From a virus (Duplodnaviria; Caudoviricetes): a stretch of 43,125 nt of DNA. Position numbers and translations under genes: made by a program. The stretch covers positions 1 through 43,125 of IMG/VR virus record IMGVR_UViG_3300033407_000041; one strand, written 5' to 3'. The notes under the pieces are model-generated. The model was given only the letters and a program-made list of their open reading frames with translations. It made no database searches and was not told where the DNA came from. This document shows, piece after piece, positions 35,081 through 42,575 of the stretch (the stretch's first letter is position 1; every line of letters begins with the position of its first letter).

Positions 35081-36096
35081 CTGTCGTGACCGCGGGCCGG
35101 TGGGCAGAGTTGAGCGTGGGGGAGAGACACGCGCGCGTTACAGAGATCGGCCCGATAATGCGGCACCTCTACGCGAGCGCCGTGCGAGACAAAACCTACC
35201 AGCACACCCCGATCGGCCGCGAAATCGCCAAGTACCTCGCCGCGAAACGCTGGGAAGGCACCGGTGACGGACACAACACCGGTGAAAGCTACGAAACCGT
35301 CCTCGCGAAACTCGCGATCGACCACGCCGACTACCACGGCCTCCACGAGTTCGCGACACCCGTCGGCCCCGAATACCTCCGCGAATTCCTAGACCGCCAC
35401 TGGGGCCACGCCTCACCCAACACGCGCCGCCACCGCACCAGCGTCCTAAAAAGCCTGTTCAAGTGGGCGACCGAGAACGCGATCACGCCGTTCGACCCCT
35501 CAGCCGCGCTGAAACGTCCACGCGCGAAAAACTCCGATCGGCAAGCCCATACTGCCGAGCTGCTCTGGCGGCTCGCGACCGACCAGCCCGACCACCGCGA
35601 CACGTGCGCGCTCCTGCTCCTGTGGCCACTAGGGCTCCGCAAGAACGAGCTGCGACTAACCACGATCCGAGACATCGACCTCGCCCGCAACGCGATCCGT
35701 GTTCACGGGAAAGGCGACCGGGAGAAGCTCCTGCCGATCGAGTTCGCGGCCGTCCGACGCGAACTGTACCTCCACGTCGTCGCCGGCCGACGCCCCGACG
35801 AATACCTCCTCTACCCGAAACAGAGCCCGCTCAGGCCGTTGAGTCCTAGCGGGATGCACCGCTGGTTCAAACGCTGCGTCAGCCGTGCGGGGCTGCCGGA
35901 CACGATCGAGATGCACGAGCTGCGCCACAGCGCGGCCGATCACCTGTGGCGCGCGACCGGGAACATCGTGCTCGCCCAAATGCTGCTGCGGCATGAGAGC
36001 GTCGGGACGACGCAGGCTTACTTGCACCCGTCGCACGAGGATCTGCGTGCCGGGATGCGCCTCCTCGAGCAGACGTGGGGATCCCTTCAGCGATGA
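35077..36096 (+). CDS. Tyrosine recombinase (XerC/D-like)
   Basis: GLRKNEL, HGKGDREK, HELRH, LLRHESVGTTQAY; the R-K-H-R-H-Y catalytic set is intact. Confidence 0.92.
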   Translation: MTVVTAGRWAELSVGERHARVTEIGPIMRHLYASAVRDKTYQHTPIGREIAKYLAAKRWEGTGDGHNTGESYETVLAKLAIDHADYHGLHEFATPVGPEYLREFLDRHWGHASPNTRRHRTSVLKSLFKWATENAITPFDPSAALKRPRAKNSDRQAHTAELLWRLATDQPDHRDTCALLLLWPLGLRKNELRLTTIRDIDLARNAIRVHGKGDREKLLPIEFAAVRRELYLHVVAGRRPDEYLLYPKQSPLRPLSPSGMHRWFKRCVSRAGLPDTIEMHELRHSAADHLWRATGNIVLAQMLLRHESVGTTQAYLHPSHEDLRAGMRLLEQTWGSLQR

Positions 36097-36488
36097 GACA
36101 CACGGAGACCTACGCCGGGACGATCACTGAGGCCGCCTACGGAGATGCTTCCCATGCGCTCTTCCTCCGGGGCCAGGCGGCGTGGGGATACGAACCGTTG
36201 GCCGAGCAGGTGGCCTCGGCGATTGATGAACACGGCGCCAACCTGAGCGTCCGCTACTTCATCACCGATCGTGAGCACTCGTTGGAGGAGCTTCAGGAGC
36301 GCCTCGTCAAACGCATCGTCGGGGTCGGTGATGCCGTCTACAGCGATCACTACTCGGAGATCACCGGGTACCTGTGGACCGACCAGGAGCTCAACGTTGG
36401 AGGACACGACCTCCTCGACGAGCTTTCCTCCCATGTCGGCCAGTACTGCCACCTTGAGATCACGTTCGAGGCCGGGGAGCGCAAGTAG
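36093..36488 (+). CDS. Hypothetical protein
   Basis: ATGA coupling; YSEITGYLWTD..L.VGGHDLL.EL motif. Confidence 0.75.
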   Translation: MRHTETYAGTITEAAYGDASHALFLRGQAAWGYEPLAEQVASAIDEHGANLSVRYFITDREHSLEELQERLVKRIVGVGDAVYSDHYSEITGYLWTDQELNVGGHDLLDELSSHVGQYCHLEITFEAGERK

Positions 36489-36853
36489 TGCGTTGCCCCT
36501 GTAGTAGCGGCGGGGCGATTCGCGGGCAACGCACGATAACGTACGAAAGGGTGCGTGCTTCACTTGGTGAAGTAGCGCTTGAAATCTACGCCGCTGGGCT
36601 CTTGGTTGGGTACGAACTAGGTACATCGTGCGAGCCTAGAAAACGTAGGGTCTGCAGGAGTTTTGCGCCTTCGGGCGTACTGAGCGAGCGGAGCGTTCCC
36701 GGGTATGAAGTCATCTGTCCGGAAGGGGTGACGCTCGATGACGGCCGAGCCCCCCGCTCGCTGAGTGCGTCTACGAGCGCCGCCCCGCAGCCCGACGGGG
36801 CGACGTACGAACGGCGCTGGGTGCTCGCGTATCGGGGCGCGAGAGACGCACTC
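36488..36853 (+). ncRNA. Candidate structured RNA (overlaps a doubtful 130-aa ORF, 36488-36880)
   Basis: Nested perfect stems of 11, 9, 10 and several 6 bp; cUUCGg and GGAA tetraloops; G-U pairs on the + strand. Confidence 0.45.
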
Positions 36854-36876
36854 ACAACCACGACGGGGCGCGCGTC

Positions 36877-37704
36877 TTGAGGCTGCTCGATCTGTTCTGC
36901 GGCGGTGGCGGGGCTTCGGTCGGGTACGCGAGGGCCGGCTTTGAGGTCGTTGGTGTCGATCTCGTAAACCAGCCGCGCTACCCGTTCGAGTTCCACCAGG
37001 CCGACGCGCTCGAGTTCCAGCTCACCGGGTTCGACGCGATCCACGCCAGCCCCCCATGCCAGGCTTTCAGCACGCTCCGCAGTCTGCACCCGCAACGCCA
37101 GTATGCGGATCTTGTAGCTCCTGTCCGAGAGCTGCTCGTCGCGGCTGGTGTGCCGTACGTGATCGAGAACGTTGTCGGCGCTCCCCTGGTCGCGCCTGTC
37201 CGTTTGTGCGGTAGCTCGTTCGGGCTCGACATTCGGAGACACCGACTGTTCGAGAGCAACGTGCCGCTACTAGTGCCGCCGTGCACCCACGGCTGGCAGA
37301 CGCCGAGGTTCCGGAGTCTCGACCGGAGGCAGAAGTCGCTCGCCACCGTTGTCGGTGTTCACGGCAGCCACAACTACAGCGGCGAGGGTGAGATCCGGAA
37401 GAGGGCGATGGGGATCGACTGGATGACCACAGGCGAGCTCGCCGAGGCGATCCCGCCCGACTATTGCGAATTAATAGGGGCTCAACTCATGGCCTACTTG
37501 CACGCCTCCGGGCGTGCGCCCGACGATTCTTCGCACGAACGCACTCTCGGCATCTCCGCTTCCCCTGGTCATAAAACAGGTTCGCGCCGGAGTAAGGGTG
37601 TCCCCGCGGGCAGTGCGTCTTTCGGGCATTCGCGCCCGTCAACGTCCGCGGAGATCGCCGCGAATTCTCTCCGATCGGAACGGCCTCGAGGTGATCGGGA
37701 TTAA
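36877..37704 (+). CDS. C5-cytosine DNA methyltransferase (C-terminus extended by the HNH insertion)
   Basis: LDLFCGGGG, ASPPCQ, IENV, RRHRLFE, MGIDWM..EL.EAIPP.Y. Confidence 0.9.
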   Translation: MRLLDLFCGGGGASVGYARAGFEVVGVDLVNQPRYPFEFHQADALEFQLTGFDAIHASPPCQAFSTLRSLHPQRQYADLVAPVRELLVAAGVPYVIENVVGAPLVAPVRLCGSSFGLDIRRHRLFESNVPLLVPPCTHGWQTPRFRSLDRRQKSLATVVGVHGSHNYSGEGEIRKRAMGIDWMTTGELAEAIPPDYCELIGAQLMAYLHASGRAPDDSSHERTLGISASPGHKTGSRRSKGVPAGSASFGHSRPSTSAEIAANSLRSERPRGDRD

Positions 37705-37945
37705 CGCACCGCGTCTCCGCGCACAGGTGGTCGATCGTATCGCCGGTCTGGAGTTGGCGTCCGGTGAATATCTCGTAGGCGATGCGGTGCGCCCAATGCT
37801 TGCGCCAGCGGCCCTCCACGCTGCGGAGATCGAACAACCCGTACCCGTTGGCGTGGAGAGTCCCGCGCCACAGCCAACAACTCTCTGTGCGGCTGATCTT
37901 GGAGCCGAATCGCTCACGGATGTCCCTCGGATTCGGGCCTCTCAT
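37487..37945 (-). CDS. HNH homing endonuclease (HNH_3-like plus CPRGH Zn domain), antisense within the methylase end
   Basis: CWLW.G..NGYG..AHRIAYE..IDHLC..CVNPDHLE..EN..THCPRGHPY..CREC. Confidence 0.9.
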   Translation of the reverse strand: MRGPNPRDIRERFGSKISRTESCWLWRGTLHANGYGLFDLRSVEGRWRKHWAHRIAYEIFTGRQLQTGDTIDHLCAETRCVNPDHLEAVPIGENSRRSPRTLTGANARKTHCPRGHPYSGANLFYDQGKRRCRECVRAKNRRAHARRRASRP

Positions 37946-38014
37946 CCCACTAAGTATACCGAGCTCGTGGGGCACCAGCTCATGCAGGCTCTCGACCGGC
38001 AGGCCGCGGCGTGA
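37944..38014 (+). pseudogene. Displaced original 3' end of the methyltransferase
   Basis: IP-x-KYTELVGHQLMQALDRQAAA* parallels IPPDYCELIGAQLMAYL; its TGA overlaps the next start (GTGA 38011). Confidence 0.75.
37953..37958 (-). promoter_or_regulatory. -10 box for a leaderless HNH transcript
   Basis: Minus strand TATACT-N7-ATG(37945); no SD. Confidence 0.55.
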
Positions 38015-38379
38015 AGCTGGTCATGGTCACGGGCAGGCTCGGCACAATGGGAGAGGAACTGGTCGGACGCCCGCTCGAGAAGGAGCTCCGCGCTGGTGTC
38101 ATGCACTACGTGCCAGGGCAACACCACGCCGAGATCGTCGTCCGCGACGGCCGCGCCCTCATTACTAACGAGCCCGAGCAGATCGCGCGGCTCACGTACG
38201 TCGACGTGATGGGCCACGCCGTCGCCGTGAGCTGCTCTCGCCGCGACGAAACGGCCACGTGGCGACCATCCTGGGTCGCCCGGGCCGGCCAAGTAACCGC
38301 CGAGCCGACTGTCCGCGCGGACACAGTCGGATTCGAGCTGAGCGCCGCCATGCTCGACGCCCTCGAGGCGGCCACATGA
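38011..38379 (+). CDS. Hypothetical protein
   Basis: Coupled on both sides. Confidence 0.65.
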   Translation: MKLVMVTGRLGTMGEELVGRPLEKELRAGVMHYVPGQHHAEIVVRDGRALITNEPEQIARLTYVDVMGHAVAVSCSRRDETATWRPSWVARAGQVTAEPTVRADTVGFELSAAMLDALEAAT

Positions 38380-38699
38380 GCGAGTTGCTCGATCTAGGTA
38401 GCGGCTTCACCGCCCGACTGGTCGCACACGACGGCAAGCGTGTCGGGCTCATCGTGGAGGGCCCATGCGACGAGCGCTGCCACAGCACGCCCCCGCCGGC
38501 CGACCCACAAAGATGCTCAGGCATCCTCTACTTCACGGGCTTCACTGATGCCGGCCCCGACGATCCGCGCTGGACAGTCGAGCAGGACGAGCCGCTCACG
38601 ATCTCCCCGTCCGTGCAATGCCACTGCGGCGCCCAGCACGGGTTTATTCAGTCTGGTCGCTGGGTGAACGCTGGCGGCATCGTCGAGGAGGCGAAGTGA
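38376..38699 (+). CDS. DUF6527-like Cys/His metal-binding protein
   Basis: WTV...PLTISPSVQCHC..HGFIQSGRW. Confidence 0.65.
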   Translation: MSELLDLGSGFTARLVAHDGKRVGLIVEGPCDERCHSTPPPADPQRCSGILYFTGFTDAGPDDPRWTVEQDEPLTISPSVQCHCGAQHGFIQSGRWVNAGGIVEEAK

Positions 38700-38851
38700 T
38701 CTACGTGATTGTGAACGCGGCCGCGGCCGCCGTGGTCGGCTGGTTGACGGTCAGTGGAGACGAAACGACGCAGATGGTGGGCGCGGGCGCGCTCGCTTTC
38801 GGGTACGTCATCTGGACAGTCCTCGCGGTGATCGAGGGACGGAAGCCGTGA
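38696..38851 (+). CDS. Small 2-TM membrane protein
   Basis: GTGA coupling; two hydrophobic helices. Confidence 0.6.
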   Translation: MIYVIVNAAAAAVVGWLTVSGDETTQMVGAGALAFGYVIWTVLAVIEGRKP

Positions 38852-39555
38852 TAAGGACGGTCGCGCTTGCCGTGGCAGTGTGCGCGTCATTGCTGTTAGC
38901 CGGCTGGTTCGGGATCGGCCTGGCCGGGAACGACACTCGCGCGTTGAGCGCGGCGGAGCCACTAGCCGGTCATGGTGCCGCAGCCGTGGCTGGTGCCTCC
39001 CAGGACGGCTCTGCCGCGCTGAGCGCGCACCAACGACCGAAAGGAGAGGCCACCCGGGGGACCAAGCTTGCGCGCTCACAAAGGCTGGTGGGTCGAGCGG
39101 CAGGTAAGAGCGAGAGCCAAGTTGGGGTGCCGGTGAACGACCGCCGCGTATCTGGCTCCGCCGCCCGCCAGCCACTCAATCGCATGAAAGTAAGGCGCGG
39201 CGAATGGCGGTCGCTCTGGTCGCAACGAGCACGAGACTGGCCTACCGCTGCAGGTTTCGTCGGCCGGTTCGTGTTCCCCGGCACCCGCGGCTGGCTGCTC
39301 CGCTGCAGCAGTAGCGAGGGCGGACACGGCCCGTTCGTCCTCAACCGGCAAGGCTCAGGCGCCGGCGGGTGGATGCAATTCCTCGCAAGCACCCACGCCG
39401 CGTACCTCGAACAATCATGGGAAGCCGCACGCAGAAACGGCTTCCGCGTTCCACGACGCCATGCACGCTGGCGCGACCCATTGGCCCAGGCGATCGTTGG
39501 TGCCCACATGCTCCTGATCGGCGAGAGACGCCAGTGGGCCGGGCGGCTTTGCTAG
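38848..39555 (+). CDS. Secreted or anchored lysozyme-like (Rpf/SLT) transglycosylase
   Basis: Signal or TM N-terminus; C..SEGG..N..SGAGGWMQF..ST..DP..Q..QW..C. Confidence 0.7.
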   Translation: MIRTVALAVAVCASLLLAGWFGIGLAGNDTRALSAAEPLAGHGAAAVAGASQDGSAALSAHQRPKGEATRGTKLARSQRLVGRAAGKSESQVGVPVNDRRVSGSAARQPLNRMKVRRGEWRSLWSQRARDWPTAAGFVGRFVFPGTRGWLLRCSSSEGGHGPFVLNRQGSGAGGWMQFLASTHAAYLEQSWEAARRNGFRVPRRHARWRDPLAQAIVGAHMLLIGERRQWAGRLC

Positions 39556-40046
39556 ACCTCACCGACTACGCCGACCGGGCCTTCGAGCGCACGCTGGTTC
39601 GTGATGAGGAATCGTGCTGGGAATGGCTGGGCTGTCTTTCCAGCGGATATGGCGTTCTACATTGCCGTCCCTACGGGAATCAGTACGCGCACCGGATCAT
39701 GTACGAGGTGTTTGTCGGGCGCATCCCTGATGGCCTCGTCATTGATCATCTCTGCCGGAACCCGGCGTGCGTAAACCCACGCCACCTGGAAGCGGTGACT
39801 CAACGCGAGAATCTTGAGAGAGGCGATACGAGTCATCGAGGCGCGCATCTACGCGCACGTTCGCACTGCCCACGCGGGCACGCCTACGCCGGCGACAACC
39901 TAGCGACATCGAGCGCGGGCCATCGCAGTTGCCGTGCCTGCGGTCGCGCAAAGAACCGCATCCTGCGTGGGTGGCCCGAAGACCTCGCTTACTCGCTGCC
40001 CGCGCGACATCGGAACCCCGTCAAAGGCGAGGAGACAATCAGGTGA
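39549..40046 (+). CDS. HNH homing endonuclease (paralogue of 37487-37945)
   Basis: CWEW.G..SGYG..AHRIMYE..IDHLCRNPACVNPRHLE..EN..HCPRGH..CRAC; start uncertain. Confidence 0.88.
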   Translation: MLDLTDYADRAFERTLVRDEESCWEWLGCLSSGYGVLHCRPYGNQYAHRIMYEVFVGRIPDGLVIDHLCRNPACVNPRHLEAVTQRENLERGDTSHRGAHLRARSHCPRGHAYAGDNLATSSAGHRSCRACGRAKNRILRGWPEDLAYSLPARHRNPVKGEETIR

Positions 40047-40351
40047 CCGAGCACACGATCCTGAGCGCGGAAGAGGTCGCCGCGATCACTGAGGCCGCCG
40101 AGCTCGGCCAGCGTCTCGGCACGCACTGGCACGAACGTGAGTTGATTGAGCAAAACCAGCGGCTACTCAGACTGGCCGGCTCGCACGAGAACCTACGCGC
40201 CCGCGTCACCGAGCTAGGCGACGTGTACGCGGCGGCCCACTCGTGGCGCGAATCGCTCCTAGTCGGCGAACCCTGGCAGTCGGCGCAGACGGCAGCGGAC
40301 CTCATGCGCCTCCTCGGCCACTCGCTCACCCCAACCGAGGAGAAACCATGA
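40043..40351 (+). CDS. Hypothetical protein
   Basis: SD gaggag; coupled. Confidence 0.65.
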   Translation: MTEHTILSAEEVAAITEAAELGQRLGTHWHERELIEQNQRLLRLAGSHENLRARVTELGDVYAAAHSWRESLLVGEPWQSAQTAADLMRLLGHSLTPTEEKP

Positions 40352-40596
40352 CCCGCACCCGCACATGCAAGAACGGGATCACGCGCGCCGAGAACGTCAA
40401 GGTCGTCCGCATTCTCCAGGCGCAAGGCTTAACGCTCGCCCAGAGTGCCGAATGGCTCAACGTGGCCTACTCGACCGTTAGAGCCTGGGTGAACGACCCG
40501 GACGGCTCCAAGCAGCGCGCCCGCCGCGACCGCTACCGGGGACTCATCCAGCAAGCCGACCGACCGATCGGGCCAATCAGGAAGGACACAACGTGA
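40348..40596 (+). CDS. HTH DNA-binding protein
   Basis: GLTLAQSAEWLNVAYSTVRAWV. Confidence 0.7.
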   Translation: MTRTRTCKNGITRAENVKVVRILQAQGLTLAQSAEWLNVAYSTVRAWVNDPDGSKQRARRDRYRGLIQQADRPIGPIRKDTT

Positions 40597-40781
40597 CCCG
40601 CCAGCCCCACCAAGACGACGATGAGATCGACGAGAGCTTAGACGTGTGCTTCTGCGGGCACATCCGGTTCGAGCACACAGACACGGGCGAATGCAACACG
40701 CCGCTACTCGGGTTCGACGAGAACTGCGACTGCGTCATGTTCGATCTAGAGCTCTCCGGCAACGATCTGATGATGTCGTGA
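40593..40781 (+). CDS. Small Cys/His-rich protein
   Basis: CFCGH...H....C......CDC..F. Confidence 0.65.
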   Translation: MTRQPHQDDDEIDESLDVCFCGHIRFEHTDTGECNTPLLGFDENCDCVMFDLELSGNDLMMS

Positions 40782-41071
40782 CCCGCTACCGCACGAAGAC
40801 CGTCGAACTGGTCAACGCCATCCAATGGACCGGCAGCAACGAGGGAGAGATCGCCCGGTTCGTCGACGACGGCAGCGACAACCCGCCGCTCCCGCTCATG
40901 ATCGATCAAGACTTCCTCCCAGGCTCGCCGAGGATCCTCCTCATCCCGACCACGGACGGGGAACTGCGCGCGTACGTCGGCGAGTGGATCATCCGAGCTT
41001 CTTGGGGGCTCTACCTGCTAGAGCCGTACATCTTCTGGACCATATACGAGCCCGTAGGGGACGAAGCGTGA
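40778..41071 (+). CDS. PGDYG-like phage protein (YRKKPV..EA.QW family)
   Basis: RYRTKTVELVNAIQWTG..IPTTDGEL.A.VGEWIIR..Y..EP.IF..IYE. Confidence 0.7.
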   Translation: MTRYRTKTVELVNAIQWTGSNEGEIARFVDDGSDNPPLPLMIDQDFLPGSPRILLIPTTDGELRAYVGEWIIRASWGLYLLEPYIFWTIYEPVGDEA

Positions 41072-41286
41072 CCAGTGATCCTCACGAGCACGCGCGCCCG
41101 AAACACTGGTGGCGACACCGCAAACCACGCGAGGACGTCAACCCTGATCAGCTCGTGCTCTTGGACGAGCGGGAGGCACCCCACCCGGCTGGGGATGACC
41201 GGAATGAAGGCGGCCGACACAGCGGCCGCGCCTCCCGCTCGCCGAACAGCCCCAGCACTTACAACGAGTTCCCAGAGGGCTTTTAG
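41068..41286 (+). CDS. Hypothetical protein
   Basis: GTGA and TAGTG coupling. Confidence 0.5.
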   Translation: MTSDPHEHARPKHWWRHRKPREDVNPDQLVLLDEREAPHPAGDDRNEGGRHSGRASRSPNSPSTYNEFPEGF

Positions 41287-41735
41287 TGATTGAGTTCACC
41301 GTGCACGGCGAAGCGAAACCAGCCGGATCGAAGCGCGCGTTCCGGAACCAGCACACCGGGCGCATCCAGCTCGTCGACGCGAGCGGCAAGAAAGGCGCTA
41401 ACTGGCGCGCCCGAGTAGCGCACGAAGCCAAGGAAGCCATGAACGGACGCCCGCTACTCGACGGGCCGCTCGTATTGAAAGCCATGTTCGTTCGCGCGCG
41501 CCCCAAGAGCCACTACGGGACCGGCAAGAACAAGGACGTCTTGAAGCCGACCGCGCCCGCCTGGCCGACCACGAGACCAGACACGACGAAGCTGCTACGC
41601 GCCGTCGAAGACTCCCTCTCGAGCGTGATCTACCACGACGACTCGCAGATCGTCACGCAGATAGCCACGAAGGTTTACGGCGACCCGCCGCGCGTCGAAA
41701 TCATCGTCACCGAGCTCGAACCGGACACCGCGTGA
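41286..41735 (+). CDS. rusA: RusA-like Holliday junction resolvase
   Basis: PAGSKR, RPKSHY, RPDTTKLLRAVEDSL, DDSQIV..K.Y. Confidence 0.9.
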   Translation: MIEFTVHGEAKPAGSKRAFRNQHTGRIQLVDASGKKGANWRARVAHEAKEAMNGRPLLDGPLVLKAMFVRARPKSHYGTGKNKDVLKPTAPAWPTTRPDTTKLLRAVEDSLSSVIYHDDSQIVTQIATKVYGDPPRVEIIVTELEPDTA

Positions 41736-41929
41736 GCACGGTCACGCTACGCCTCTCACTGGCCGGCGCGCGAGCCGTCCACGACACGATCACGCGAAGC
41801 GTCCAACAAGCCGGGCCCGTCACGAGCCGCGAACTACAGATCGTCCTCGACGAGCTCGAACGCCAACTCCCGCCACCACGCCCGATCGTCCGAAACAGGC
41901 CACTCAGAGCCGACCGCTACGGCCCATGA
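41732..41929 (+). CDS. Hypothetical protein
   Basis: Coupled on both sides. Confidence 0.55.
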   Translation: MSTVTLRLSLAGARAVHDTITRSVQQAGPVTSRELQIVLDELERQLPPPRPIVRNRPLRADRYGP

Positions 41930-42234
41930 ACGCCATGACCTCACCGACCTCCGTGATCGAGCTCGCGATATGGCGGTGCCGCCACTGCCGCGCGAAAACG
42001 GCGCTACCGCCACCCAGCGGGCTCCAGTGCGCCTCACCCGACAACCCGGGCGACGAGCACGTGTGGGAGCAATGGATCGCCCACCACGAGCCCGTGAAGA
42101 GGCAGCGAATGACTACGCTACCTCGACCGGCCGCCGGCACGTCCTCTTCGGTGGTTGGTAGCCCCGTTGGGTGTCCCCGGCGGCCGGTATCCTTCTCAGT
42201 GGCTACCAACCACAATCGAGAGGAGACACCATGA
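41926..42234 (+). CDS. Hypothetical protein (CxxC N-half; C-half overlaps an RNA structure)
   Basis: CRHC..C..H; ATGA coupling on both sides. Confidence 0.5.
   Translation: MNAMTSPTSVIELAIWRCRHCRAKTALPPPSGLQCASPDNPGDEHVWEQWIAHHEPVKRQRMTTLPRPAAGTSSSVVGSPVGCPRRPVSFSVATNHNREETP
42126..42224 (+). promoter_or_regulatory. Two interleaved perfect stems (pseudoknot or switch) upstream of the HNH and rep genes
   Basis: 42126-42137 pairs with 42177-42188 (12 bp); 42151-42163 pairs with 42201-42213 (13 bp). Confidence 0.65.
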
Positions 42235-42575
42235 ACGTCAGCAAGTCGACGCGCTTCGAGGTGTTCAAACGCGACACCTTCACCTGCCAGTACTGCGGGC
42301 GACGCACCCCCGACGTCGTACTAGAAATCGACCACATCGTGCCCCGCGTTCAGGGCGGCACCAACGACCCGGAGAACCTCGCTACCGCATGCTTCGACTG
42401 CAACCGCGGCAAGGGGCCGCGCTCTCTCGCGCGTCGAGTGACCAAAGCAGTTCCGCAGCCACACGTGAACTCAGAGGACATGGAGCGTTTCCACTACTAC
42501 GCTCAGGTCTTACGAACGAGAATGATGGTCCCGAACCGCCGTCGGCGCGAAGCTCGCGCGGAGACGACACCATGA
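42231..42575 (+). CDS. HNH endonuclease (McrA-like)
   Basis: RFEVFKRD.FTCQYCG..LEIDHIVP..GG....NL.TACFDCNRGK. Confidence 0.9.
   Translation: MNVSKSTRFEVFKRDTFTCQYCGRRTPDVVLEIDHIVPRVQGGTNDPENLATACFDCNRGKGPRSLARRVTKAVPQPHVNSEDMERFHYYAQVLRTRMMVPNRRRREARAETTP

Noticed and set aside
36710-36732. GTCCGGAAGG resembling SRP RNA helix 8; tmRNA or tRNA in the same region
   Set aside because: The flanking CAGG/AGCAG internal-loop bases are absent; no T-arm or CCA end seen
37462-37954. Group I intron or translational bypass in the methylase
   Set aside because: The insert is almost entirely the antisense HNH ORF with no room for a ribozyme core, and there is no stop after a take-off codon
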